Source of the DNA: Paramoeba atlantica
Taxonomy: Eukaryota > Protista > Discosea
Direction of reading: 5' to 3'
Assembly: GCA_977017575.1 (NCBI GenBank)
Contig: CDRNVI010000069.1
Span: forward strand, 248,001-312,000
Length of the DNA stretch: 64,000 bases
Below the pieces are notes generated by a model. It was not told where the DNA came from and made no database searches. It saw only the letters and a program-made list of their open reading frames with translations. This document shows positions 45,861 to 56,737 of this stretch, piece after piece (the stretch's first letter is position 1; the number at the start of each line of letters is the position of its first letter). Made by a program: the position numbers and the translations under genes.

Positions 45861-46063
45861 AGTTTTTTTCATTGAATATAGTTACTACATAGTACTATAT
45901 TTACTATATTTTACTATAAAACTATAAGAAAACTATAAAGTTTTTTTCACACTACAAGTGATATTTTTTGAGTCCTCTCCGCTTGTGAAGGACATACACA
46001 CGCCTCTACATGCGTTCTTACACGCTTACATACGTATGATATGATAAGAAATTCTGAAAAAAA

Positions 46064-46259
46064 TGTAACCCAAGCTAAAGTGGACGAGGGAGATACTAAA
46101 AGCACCTTTGGCAAACCACCATAAAAATGGAAGGGTATGTCCCTTAAAGATTCTTTGGGCACGTCGGAATCCTTTACAAACCGGGAGATATCATTCCATT
46201 TTTGTGGTGGTTTAAAGGTGCTTTTAGAACCTCCCTCGTCCACTTTATCCTGGGTTACA
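46064..46259. mobile_element. Fold-back MITE (almost entirely palindromic)
   Basis: TGTAACCCA(A/G)G(C/A)TAAAGTGGACGAGGGAG...AAAAGCACC inverted arms extend about 80 bp. Part of the arm also occurs near 5850 and 46930. Confidence 0.8.
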
Positions 46260-46903
46260 TAGCTATCGAAACATCCTCCCTCTTCCCCGCGATTCCATCA
46301 CCGCCGAAAAATATCATCAACTGGTGTGTCATCTCCTCGGAAATAGCAATGAAACGCATGCGAAAGGAGTGACGATAGGAAGTACAAACTCTCCACTCGA
46401 CAACACACCGCGTAATTTATTCAGACTCATATGATTGTATTTATTCAAACTCATAGAATTGTGAGCAGCAGTTATTCAGTCCCAAGACATAACGTCGGTG
46501 GCTCCAGCCAACGCGCGGCGACAGCGATGCAGTGAGAAGATGTTCGGGACGCAAGGTTCGCACAAGGCAATCTGTCAAGGCCACGCGATGGGACTGGGGT
46601 ACGTCCCCTCCTGACACAAGTTACATTCAACCGCTTGTTTACTTCCCTCCGTGTGCAGCAGTTCAATAAAATAATCTTTGCAGAAACTATCCCTCGTAAA
46701 TTTAATTTCGGGCATCAATTTTCGGGTTTAAAAATAAGAAAAATCGTACACAAATGAATTCGCCGTGTATTTATGGCGTGTTGGTGAGCTTCGGAGTGCT
46801 TAAAATGTGAAACAAAAAAATATAGTTTTTTATAGTTTTCGAAAAAAGTTTATAGTAACTATATAGTACTATATTGATAGTTTTATAGTTTCTGCGAACC
46901 CTG

Positions 46904-48616
46904 GTAAATTTTACGAGCACACCCCGGACTAAAGTGGACGAGGGAGATACTAAACCGCAGTCCGGTTTAACATTCCGGGGGGGTAGTTAAGTAGCTACAG
47001 GAAGGTTAACTTTTTTTTGAGTTTGTAAATCATCTTCTTGAAAAAAAGGATGACATAAAAGTTAACATACCTGTAACAAGATAACGTACCGGGGGGGGGT
47101 ATGTTATCCTGTAACACCGCTTACAGGATAAGGACCGTGTACGGGATAAAGAGACGTTTCCTTCAGGAAGTAAAGCGTTCAATTATTTGCGCGCGTCGCC
47201 TTTTTCCGATATACCGTAGACCCACCAGTAATAGACCCCTCATTAACAAGGATTTGGCTCGGGAGGGTGGCTCAAGGGGGGAGGGGGATTTGGGAGGGGG
47301 GAGGGTGGTTGCGCGGGAGCGAGTGTTCTTCTTTTACCCTGAATGGGTTACCCGGGCTGCTCCGATTTTTCATGCACTGATAAGTGGTCCTATACTTTGC
47401 TTTGTATGCCAACGGAAGGCAGTATCATATTCCGGATTAAAAGTCATGCTCTTATGCATGAGGCCACTACTTGTTCGAAAGGTCATGAGCCACGGGTATG
47501 TACTCTTAAGGAAGAGCATTGGTTATGCTCCGATAGAAAGTGCTGCGGTAAAACTTATTTTTTGGAACCTCTTCTTACGGCCGCACGTGGGCGCACCGGA
47601 AACCAGGTTTTTAAAGTCTTATACGGTATCACTTCTGCAGCCGGCTACAGATCTCAATGGTAAACGGACTTGGGGCAAAAGCGATCACTCCGCTGACAAA
47701 CATCCCTTTGAGTCGTGCTCTCGAACAATGAAAATCGAAGAAACGAAAAAATGAAAATCGAAACTTTTTCCAATTTCCTTCCAAAAAAATTCAAAAAAAT
47801 CCGCATTAAAGGGGGGGATCAGGGGGGTCCGTATTAAAGGGGGGGGTCACAGTAAGTGGCTTGGTTAGATTATCGTGGCCTGTACTATAGTACAGTATGT
47901 AAAAAAGTATAGAAGTAAAAAAATGGTAACCGCCTACTGTATTCGTATTTAAAATAATTTTACAAGGTGTACAAAGTCCATTCACTCAGATCTACAGTGT
48001 CACAAGAGTTCTCTCAAACGGACTTACTATACTAATTTTAGAGGGGGTGTCTTATCTTGTCGAGGGGTTTACATGTATGGAGAGTAGCGATATAAACGAT
48101 AAAAACAATCCTCTAAAAAAAATAGCACCACTTCGCGGCGCGGTATTCGTCATGCCTCAATATTGCGCTTAAGTAGCCATGTCAAACGGTTGCGCATAAG
48201 TGGGGGGACAGTAACTATCCGGAGTAACGAGTCACACGATTTCAGTTTTAGTATCTTTCCAATGAAAGGGAACCCAAAGAAGAAATATGAAAACAAAGGA
48301 ATTATCAGAACGGTCTTGAAACAGTTTGACTTCAAGGAAACGTTTTTCAATTGGAATTCAGAGAGCTGGGTTTGGATATCATCATATCAAATGAAGCTAA
48401 CATAACTTTTAAGAACTTATTTATTATTTAGCAATTTATCTTTCACGATTTCAGACCATGAAAATAATTGAGGGAAAGCTACTGGGGTGTGCCGTTAACG
48501 CAGCTAGAAAAGTATTCAAAAATAACATTCTACTGTAGTTAGAAAACGGGGGAAGAAAACGTTCTGTCATAAGAATAAAGGAATTTGAACACTTGCTCCA
48601 CTTTATTATCAATATA
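46904..48616 (+). repeat. ~1.7-kb direct duplication of 5825-7531
   Basis: Near-identical sequence including the element right end, intergenic DNA and the last ~26 codons of the 7454-8266 gene. Confidence 0.95.
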
Positions 48617-49057
48617 TTTATTTAATATCTATTTATTCAACATTTATTTATTCAATATTTATTTATTTATTTATTTAAGATATAATATCTTAATAGCGTT
48701 TCAAAGTCATACGTTCGTACTTTTTATCCAACTTCTTACTATACCCCACACTTTTCCCATGCTGTTAAACAGCGGGTGGTTGATGGACCAAGCCAATTAA
48801 GCTTTACCACAATGAGACAGGTCACGGATATTTCAAGCAATGCAAAGAAAGTTCAGGCTAAAGCAGTCCACTGGGACACAGACCCGGGTAATTACCCATT
48901 TACACGGCAGGGGCATGTTATTAAGTAGGGGGGATAGTAGATGATAAAAAACATACTTTCATCCAAGACTTTTGACACGTAAAATAGCAGTTTTTCAGTT
49001 TGTGTCGTAAGTGGTGCAAAGGTCTCCCATCCATCTTACTGCAGGAACACTATTAAG

Positions 49058-49798
49058 TCAGCTTAGTATAATTTTTGTATTTCGAACATCCATATAGAGT
49101 ATATGTAAAGTCTTAGGCATAAGACTTTTCTTCACCTCACCTTGAAGATCTACATTACCGTACAGGCGTAGAGCTGACAGGCCTGGAGGTAACGAGTCTA
49201 ATTGTACCCAACCGTCGAACTGGTTTCTGTGAATAGCCAGATTCCACAGACGTGGTGGGAGACAACGTAGTTCCGGAGTTCCTGTAAAGGCATTGCAGCC
49301 CATGGCTAACGTCTCGAGCTCTGGAGGAAGATGACTTAAATCAGCGATTCCTGATAGATCATTCGTCGTTAGACATAGGTGAAGTAAAGTTTTCGGTAAA
49401 CAAGTAAAATCGATTGACCCAGTGAAAATATTATGAGCGAAGTTAGCGTCCATGGTTTGTGGCGGTAATTCATTGAGAAGTAACTCCCCAGTAAGCTGAT
49501 TGTTAGAAACAATAATTTGGAGCACTGAGCATGGGAGATATTTTAAATGGATATGGCCGTACAGTTCCATGTCAATGCCCCAGTCAAGCTTAGATGTTTT
49601 ATTTCCCTCATCACATATCACATTCTTCCACTCACATGCTGCCGTGTTGGTATTCCAAGAGGGATCGGTATTTCCGACGTCTTTGATAAAATTTGCAAGT
49701 TCGTATTCTTGTGGGACGTTGGCGCTACGAATCCGACCGCGACGTGATGATGGAATGTCCTCAGCACACAGAATGTGTAAAAAAGTCCTGTGAAACAT
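49058..49798 (-). CDS. LRR family protein (intact paralog of the interrupted gene at 61208-63143)
   Basis: Start MFHRTF at ATG 49798; RRGRIRSANVPQEYELANF. The downstream flank at ~48960-49030 is homologous to ~61060-61140. Confidence 0.9.
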   Translation of the reverse strand: MFHRTFLHILCAEDIPSSRRGRIRSANVPQEYELANFIKDVGNTDPSWNTNTAACEWKNVICDEGNKTSKLDWGIDMELYGHIHLKYLPCSVLQIIVSNNQLTGELLLNELPPQTMDANFAHNIFTGSIDFTCLPKTLLHLCLTTNDLSGIADLSHLPPELETLAMGCNAFTGTPELRCLPPRLWNLAIHRNQFDGWVQLDSLPPGLSALRLYGNVDLQGEVKKSLMPKTLHILYMDVRNTKIILS

Positions 49799-50049
49799 GG
49801 AGTGTTGTATACTTTGCAAAGAATGACTTTGAAACCATAAGGATGAATACTTTTTAAGTATGTATGTTAAGTATGTACTGTATGTAATTACCGTATGTAG
49901 TAATGTTTGCTTCAGAAAATATATGAGCCTTAGACGGTGAATATGGCTTAATAATTGGGTAAATGAGGATTTGAATTTGTGTCCTGTAATACATCCATCC
50001 AAAGAATCCTCCGAAGCTTTCTGTATTAGGGAATGTACTGCGATGTCGA

Positions 50050-51132
50050 CTACACAATAATCCAGTTCTTCTCGAAGAGGGACCTCATTTCGTTTGGCTG
50101 CTTGCCCACAAACCAACGGGATGGAGCGATCACGCGTTTTCTAGGGGCTTCGGAGAGATAAGCACCCCACCAGCTAAAAGAGCTGTTTGCTATAATAAGG
50201 TCATGACAGTGAGCCATAGCTGCCATTTCGACGTAGTCTTCTTCATCGCTTAGGGCCACTTGTAGCCCACTAATTGTCTTCATGGCCCCGGATTCGTATT
50301 TCCACGTGTGAGTGGAAAACATAGAGCGAAGCATAGAGCAGAACAATTCCCCATATATTTTATCATCACTAAAAACAATGATACGTAGAGTGTTGGACAC
50401 AAAATCGGGTGTATGAAGGAGCTCGCCATAAAGCTGACGTAGCGCTAGGTCGTAATAATTCTGGAACGTTTGGATATGAAACTGCTCTGGAAGCTTCAGA
50501 TAGTCTCCACGACGGATATGAATGCCCAGAATGTGGTACGGTAGCTGCGCTTCCGAAGACTCTAATGGAGTCGTGGTCTCACACTTGGAGTTGCACAGAC
50601 GATGAAGAACTTGTAATCCCTGTCTCCGTATCGACACTGGAAACAACAAGCGCGAAATTTCACTATGAAAATCTGAAAAATATGCGGAAGATTGAAAGAA
50701 ACCACGAAGCACATGTGTGGAAGATTGCCCTTTTTGCTTCTCTGATAATTGAATTGGTTGCGGAGTCGATTGCTCGGCGATGACATCACATTTGGACAAG
50801 TCCATTTCATGTATCGTCGGAGACGTAGGAGAGGGGAGGAGCATCGAAGCTCCGTCGTGTTTGCGAAAGTAGTTCGTTTCTGAGAGAGACTCGAATTGTG
50901 TTCGCCAGTACACTGGACGCGGCTCAAAGCAGCTGTCACTGCAGGGATAGTGTGGAATGTAAAGATCAAGTTCGTTTCGTAGCGCTGTAGCAATCCCGGT
51001 GGCAAGTATGAACATTTGATTTCCCAAACCTCCAACAATAGGAGCAACAATTTGAGGACGTGTTGGCGTTTTTTGTGCGCAAAACCGTACAGTGGAGCGA
51101 GTATGAAGCGAACGGAAAGAACGGACCAACAT
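50050..51132 (-). CDS. FUT1: GT11 alpha-1,2-fucosyltransferase with mitochondrial presequence (kinetoplastid FUT1-like)
   Basis: GGLGNQMF, GFFQS, GIHIRRGDY, FSDD, IIANSSFSWWGAYL; Arg/Ser-rich MLVRSFRSLHTRS start (an alternative ATG lies at 51177). Confidence 0.85.
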   Translation of the reverse strand: MLVRSFRSLHTRSTVRFCAQKTPTRPQIVAPIVGGLGNQMFILATGIATALRNELDLYIPHYPCSDSCFEPRPVYWRTQFESLSETNYFRKHDGASMLLPSPTSPTIHEMDLSKCDVIAEQSTPQPIQLSEKQKGQSSTHVLRGFFQSSAYFSDFHSEISRLLFPVSIRRQGLQVLHRLCNSKCETTTPLESSEAQLPYHILGIHIRRGDYLKLPEQFHIQTFQNYYDLALRQLYGELLHTPDFVSNTLRIIVFSDDKIYGELFCSMLRSMFSTHTWKYESGAMKTISGLQVALSDEEDYVEMAAMAHCHDLIIANSSFSWWGAYLSEAPRKRVIAPSRWFVGKQPNEMRSLFEKNWIIV

Positions 51133-51410
51133 GTTTTCCCTCAATATTACTCTTGAAGAACACCTCCGAGAATTCATTCCGCTGAAATCTAGAAAATAGC
51201 ACAACACTATCCTACTCTCTTTTGATAACAAACACCAAATACACCCTTAAAAACGGTTATCTTCTACATTTCTAACCACTATGTTTCTCCTACAAGCTTT
51301 CATTCCTTTGACCAAAAGAGGTAAACAAAAGATGAGTACGGTACCCAGTAGTAAATGTTACTGAAAAAAAATCCCTCCCATTTTCACACCCTTCTCCCCC
51401 CCTTTCTCTT

Positions 51411-52580
51411 TCACAACCGCATCAACGCCACCGGAATCGCCTCCGGCGCGTACGCACTCCCCCGCGGGATCACCAAATAGTGAGCCCCGGGGGTTACCTC
51501 CTCCAGGGAGCCCACCCGACCTCCCGCCACGGTGTACAGCCCCGTGGGGTAGGGGTGCACCCCGGTCGCGCGACACGCCTTGGCCACCAGCTGCCCCATC
51601 GTGCGCACGTCCTGGAGCAGCACGCGGGTGCCGGTGGCACGACGCCGCAGCCCCGGCCACACGGTGACCCAGAACGTCCCGTCGGCCTGGGTGCCGAATT
51701 TCTGGACCGGGGCGGCGGTGAACCCGCGGGGGTGACTGAGCGCGTGGAACGTGTGGCGGGGAGGGCGGGGGGGTTGTTGTGGGGAAGGGGAAGATTGTTG
51801 TTGGGAAGGGGAAGTTTGTTGTTGGGAAGGGGAAGTTTGTTGTTGGGAAGTTTGTTGTTGGGATTGGGAAGGTTGTTGTTGTGAAGATTGTTGTTGGGAA
51901 TGGGAAGATTGTTTTTGGGAAGATTGTTGTTGGGAATGTTGTTGTTGCTGTTTTTGGTAATGGGAAGACTGTTGTTGGGAGTGGAATGGGGGTGGAGGTG
52001 GGAGGGAATCAGAAGGGGGTGGGAGGGGTTGCTTTGAATGTTGTTGTGGTTGCCATTCCTGTTGTTGTGAAGTTGGCTGTTGGGAAGGGGAAGGGGGAGG
52101 GAGGGAGTGAGAAGGGGATGGGAGGAGATGGGAAATGGGATGTGAAGGAATAAGAGGTTCTGGCTCCGATTCGTGGGGATGGGATATTGTGCTACTATTG
52201 CTGTTATGTGTGGGGAAGTAGGGTACACCTACGTCGGGGGTGGGATTTTCCGGATCCTGGGTGGAAAAGCAATGGGATAATGGCGCTGTGGTGTGGGAGA
52301 AGGGAGGGGGGTGGGGGGAGTGCTCTTGTGGGGTACATGGTTGGAGAGATTCCCACGCAGCGCTCATGTGGGATCTCCAATGTGCTTGTTGGGTGAGGAA
52401 TTCTTGCTTTTGGCGTTCGAGGGTGCGCCGCTCTTCGTCGATTCGCTGTAATCCATCTTGAAGCTTCGCTTCGCGCTCCACGAAATCTTTCTCTACGTCT
52501 CGCATGGCAGTGCGAAAATGAGAGACATACTCGTCTAAAATGGAATAAAGTTTGTTTTCCACGAATCTCGCTTCAGACAT
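51411..52580 (-). CDS. Coiled-coil, Q/P/S-rich protein with C-terminal doublecortin-like domain
   Basis: RVLLQDVRTMGQLVAKAC..TG....TGLYTVAGGRVGSLEEV..GAHYLV resembles a DCX fold. Confidence 0.75.
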   Translation of the reverse strand: MSEARFVENKLYSILDEYVSHFRTAMRDVEKDFVEREAKLQDGLQRIDEERRTLERQKQEFLTQQAHWRSHMSAAWESLQPCTPQEHSPHPPPFSHTTAPLSHCFSTQDPENPTPDVGVPYFPTHNSNSSTISHPHESEPEPLIPSHPISHLLPSPSHSLPPPSPSQQPTSQQQEWQPQQHSKQPLPPPSDSLPPPPPFHSQQQSSHYQKQQQQHSQQQSSQKQSSHSQQQSSQQQPSQSQQQTSQQQTSPSQQQTSPSQQQSSPSPQQPPRPPRHTFHALSHPRGFTAAPVQKFGTQADGTFWVTVWPGLRRRATGTRVLLQDVRTMGQLVAKACRATGVHPYPTGLYTVAGGRVGSLEEVTPGAHYLVIPRGSAYAPEAIPVALMRL

Positions 52581-53477
52581 ACCAGAACAAAAAGCAAAAA
52601 AGGTACGTTAAAGGTAGAATACTTTTGCCTGCGTTTTGAACGAATTTGCTTAAATAAATTATAGTATGGTGACTTTGCAGAACTTGACGTGTAGTAATAA
52701 CTCCATGCATTTCGGTCAATCCGATTGACATCCGTCATAGTACATACAGGGGTGCGGCTCTCTCAAGGGCTTCCCGTGGCGTACTGAGCGAGATCACATT
52801 CCTCCCCCGCCCATGTCTAAGAGAGTCACCGCATACTTTTTGTGGCGGAAGACGAGCGCACAGGATACTCCGCTGCATGTGGTCTGTGATGGAAACAGAC
52901 AAAATATTTGTTCGACTCCGAAATCGACAACAATTAGAAGCCGCTATTGAGGGGCTTTCCTTGAATTGAAACAGACCCACTCTGCAACGGTCCAGAAAAC
53001 GGTGAAGAGTTTCAGGAAACGTTATGAAATTGTTATTAGTCGGGACGGGGGGCACTGTGGTTACTAATTACATACCTTTTAGTTTGCTGGTGTGTTCGCT
53101 GGTTCGCTGTGTTCGCTGGTTCAGTGAACAAAATAGCGAACACAGCGAACCACTTAACTCGGCTCTTCAGAAGTTGAACTTCAAGATGGTCGAAAGCGTT
53201 ACAGAAACTGTATCTCTGGAAGGATTATTCCCTTGCATGCATTAGTTTTCATCACCCAAAAGAATTTTTTTTATTTTTTTTGGCCAGTTAAGTTCATCGA
53301 GTCTTGGCAAAGAAAGAAAGAAACAGCGAAAATTCATCTTAATAAAAAAATCATACAAGCTTTATCAACGATTGCATCGATTTGAGGATCCAAACGTTTA
53401 ATATTGCATTGTACGAAAATACATACTGCCATCTTTTCCGGAGACATGCTAGCCTGTCCACTGCAGTACTTACAGTA

Positions 53478-54178
53478 CCGTTAGTACCCCCTGACTTTGC
53501 ACCCCCCCTGACTTTGCACATTTTTCTGTTTTTTAAAATTTCCTGATGTGCAAAGTCACGGGGGTATCAAAATTTCCAAAAATGCTGAAAACTTAGATTT
53601 GCTAATTTTTTGTAAAAGACATGTAAAATATTTAACCAGCCGTACAAATGTAAATTGCATTGTTTACTTTCTGTCATTTTTAACATTTTGATTCCTCTTT
53701 CTCATTTGGCATTCAATGCCAACTATGTTCGCCAACGATTCTTACCACAGGAACACGTCGTCGTGATTCCGTCAGCTGAAGAAGTCAGTGCATCCTTGGT
53801 TCAGGTTGATACACTACAGCGAGAGAAAGAGGCTGTAAACGAGAAGTGTTGTATGTAATACTTCGCACACTGTAACCTTTAAGAGCTTCAACGATCATGT
53901 CAGCCACATGATCTGACTTTTTGCTGTCAAGTTTACGCAGTTCGGAATGCACTTTTCCGCTCGATGAGGCTTAGAAGGTATCCGCTGTGTTTGGCGCCTT
54001 CGATAAGATCAGCTTCCCGATCTCCATATCGCTCTCTGTTGTTTATTACCTCAGGGAGTTCGGAAATATCGACACGATTGGGAATACGAAATTCAAGCCA
54101 CTTTACACATCCCCTCACTTTGCACAAAAACCTGATTTTTCGCTGTTTTCGTCGTGCGAAGTCAGGGAGTACTAACGG
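53478..54178. mobile_element. TA-flanked TIR element carrying an IS30-like transposase fragment
   Basis: TIR CCGTTAGTAC(C/T)CCCTGACTT(T/C)GCAC with TA outside both ends; internal CTGACTTTGCAC-type repeats. Confidence 0.8.
53850..54090 (-). pseudogene. IS30-family integrase core remnant
   Basis: RIPNRVDISELPEVINNRERYGDREADLIEGAKHSGYLLSLIERKS / frameshift / ELRKLDSKKSDHVADMIVEALKGYSVRSITY. Confidence 0.8.
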
Positions 54179-55887
54179 TATGTCCCTTGTTGTACAAGTT
54201 TATTATTAGTACAAAGATTTTATGATGAGCAATTCTACATCGCTTCGACGAAGTATGGGCCTTGCTAACCGGACTTCCACAAGAATCATCGAAATCTAAT
54301 ACGTTGCAAGGGCTGATGTCCGTTTACAAACCGATCAAGGTATCGTATGCCACGTGGATAGCACGGATTTGGATAGTCGTCTAATGATTCAAGAGGTGAT
54401 TCCGTTCTCCGTCGTGGAACGGACGGACGATGGGACGACCGAGCGGCGTTGGTTTATAGCATGGACAACGGCTGATAATATTTCCTTGTACTTTGTTGAC
54501 TTGCTTTCGAAAAGCTTATACATCATTTTCAAAAGGGGGGATGCGTTGACCTGTTCATCGATATTACGCTTTGCAAAAAAGCCTTTAATCCTTTTCGCCA
54601 CCCATTCCCCCTCTGCTCCCCCCTTCTCACCTTCTCACCTTCCCTTCATCCCCTCCGCCACCCCCTTCATCGTCTCACCACCCTGTCTCCCCTACTTCGC
54701 TGCCGAATTCTTTGCCCCCCTTTCGCCCCCTCCTCGTTCGCTCATCTTCGCCGCACGTTTTGCCGCCCCCTTCACCCCCAGCGCCGCCCTCCTCGCCCCT
54801 CCCCCCTTGCGTGGCCCTCTTCTCCCCCTTCACCCCCTAGAGACGTCCCCTTCGCTCTACTGCGCCGCCCTCCTTGCCACCCTCTTCGTCGGACAGTCCG
54901 AAAAATCAGCACCCGGCGGCAACAAAGCAAGACGCAACATGCCTAGGGTGCATGAAATCCTTTGGAGAGGATATACCCAGCACCAAGAAAGCAAGGTGCC
55001 AAACAACTAGGGTTGCGCTCCTTCCCACCTTCTTTGAAGGCGCGCGCAGGACTGTTGGCCCCTCTCGTAGGGATCGCAGGTCAGTGTATTGCTTAGCCTC
55101 ACTGCGTCTCCGACTCTCGTCCTCGGTGAAGTGCCAGCCGTGGCTTGCTACGGGTGGCTTGCTCGCCGGTCCGCAAGGACCGGTCGTATGCATCGGAGCA
55201 ACATCCGAGCCGTCGGGCCCCTCAAGTGGACGGCAGAGGGCCCATTGCCTGTCAAGGCCAAAAGGGTGCAACAAACAACAACACTTTATGGCCCATTACG
55301 AAAAGTACTGAATCACACTCTGTGACTGTCAAACCCAAAGGTCTCACCAAAAGGCTGTAGTAGGATTAAACAGTTTTTGCGGCCTTATGGACGTCGTCAT
55401 CAAATTCTTCAAGACGCAAGTCCAGACCGATACCCCGAAATTCACCTTTCCGAACTGAAGTTTTCGCTCCACTGGAACCCATGCAGACCGCCACTGCCAG
55501 CCAGTGCCAAATGCTACCAGCCACTGCGAGCCAAAAACGTCCTCTCAGAGCCTTTCTCCCTGAAGCCAAACCATCTTGTTACCCGAACATGTAAGTCCTT
55601 CATGTCTTGAAGGTACGCTTCAAGGCAATAATAAACAAATGTAAACTTTTGCCAGTTTTTGTATCTCTTTCCACCGAAAATACAAACCGCGGTCTCGGTG
55701 CGGTCTCGGTCGGAGTACCCGCAGCCCCTCAACTACCGCGTTTAACGAAGACCCTAAAAAAGAAATTTAATTTCTATATGTCATGTTTCTCAAATTTGTA
55801 CCATACGCTGACATACTGCCGTACGCTGCCAAACGCTGCCAGCCACTGCGAGCCAAAACTGCATGGGTTCCACTATATAAAGTATTA

Positions 55888-56202
55888 CCGTATACCCCCC
55901 AGTAAGAAAATGGGTTTTGGGTCGAAATGGACAAATCTCTCTTACTGGGGGGGTATGCTTTTTTGGCCAGTTTCCTCCTTTCTCTCAACTTTGACTATTT
56001 TTTTGTATTTTTTCTTCGGAAAACGTGTTAAAACGCTTATTTGGGTTACCCGAGGCCCCCAACATGCAGACACCCACCCCCTACCCCCTATACCCCTCCT
56101 GTGGGGCCACCGAGCCAAATCTCTCTTACTGGGGGGGGGTTATCTTACTAGGGGGGGTATCTTACTGGGGGGGGGGGTTATCTTACTGGGGGGGGTATAC
56201 GG
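55888..56202. mobile_element. MITE, TA-flanked
   Basis: TIR CCGTATACCCCCCAGTAAGA; five internal CTTACT(G/A)GGGGG repeats. Confidence 0.85.
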
Positions 56203-56737
56203 TAGTATGAAAATATTAGTCAAATGCTTACGAAGTAGAAAAAGGTTCGTAGTGCTCCAACTCTCTAGTGCCGACTTCGCAACTTGGTTGAGAAAATGGT
56301 CGATGCATGACACCAGCGCCAAGTACAAGGTGCGTTGACGTCTCCCTGTAGTTGAGCAATTGATCCCTGAACAGCATTCCTCATTGATGAGAAATCGCTC
56401 TTACCCGAAGTGCCCAATCGTCGATGCAATTCGCCAAGTTCGTTCTCAGTCTCCTGCCGGACCACATGATTGATGGCAACCCCATCTACTATGAGGTAGG
56501 TCCATTTTCGCAGACGTTGCGCCCCTCAACGGCGGCGAAGATCATCAACAATTTTTGCAGCGATCTGGGCACATATTCTTCATGATACACAGGAAAAAAA
56601 TAGGAAAAAAAATATAGTTGAATATTGCTTTGTAACGTCGAGAAGAAATTTTTTACTGTGTAGTACTGTTTAGCACAAAAAGTGGTTCGCTTGGTTCGCT
56701 GGTGGTTCAGTGGGTTCGCTGAACCAATGGCTATGTA

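Noticed and set aside
49799-50116. N-terminal extension of the LRR ORF in the track
   Set aside because: It overlaps the FUT1 3' end and AT-rich intergenic DNA; paralogs start near 49798.
54354-55400. ORFs over the C-rich tract and adjacent GC-rich DNA
   Set aside because: Low complexity, stops in the plausible frame, no recognisable domain. It also lacks a G-rich right half, so it is not counted as a skew island.
56265-56600. Possible hAT-like transposase remnant (YLIVDGVAINH...RWCHAS)
   Set aside because: Only two weak motifs and a stop codon; not enough to call.
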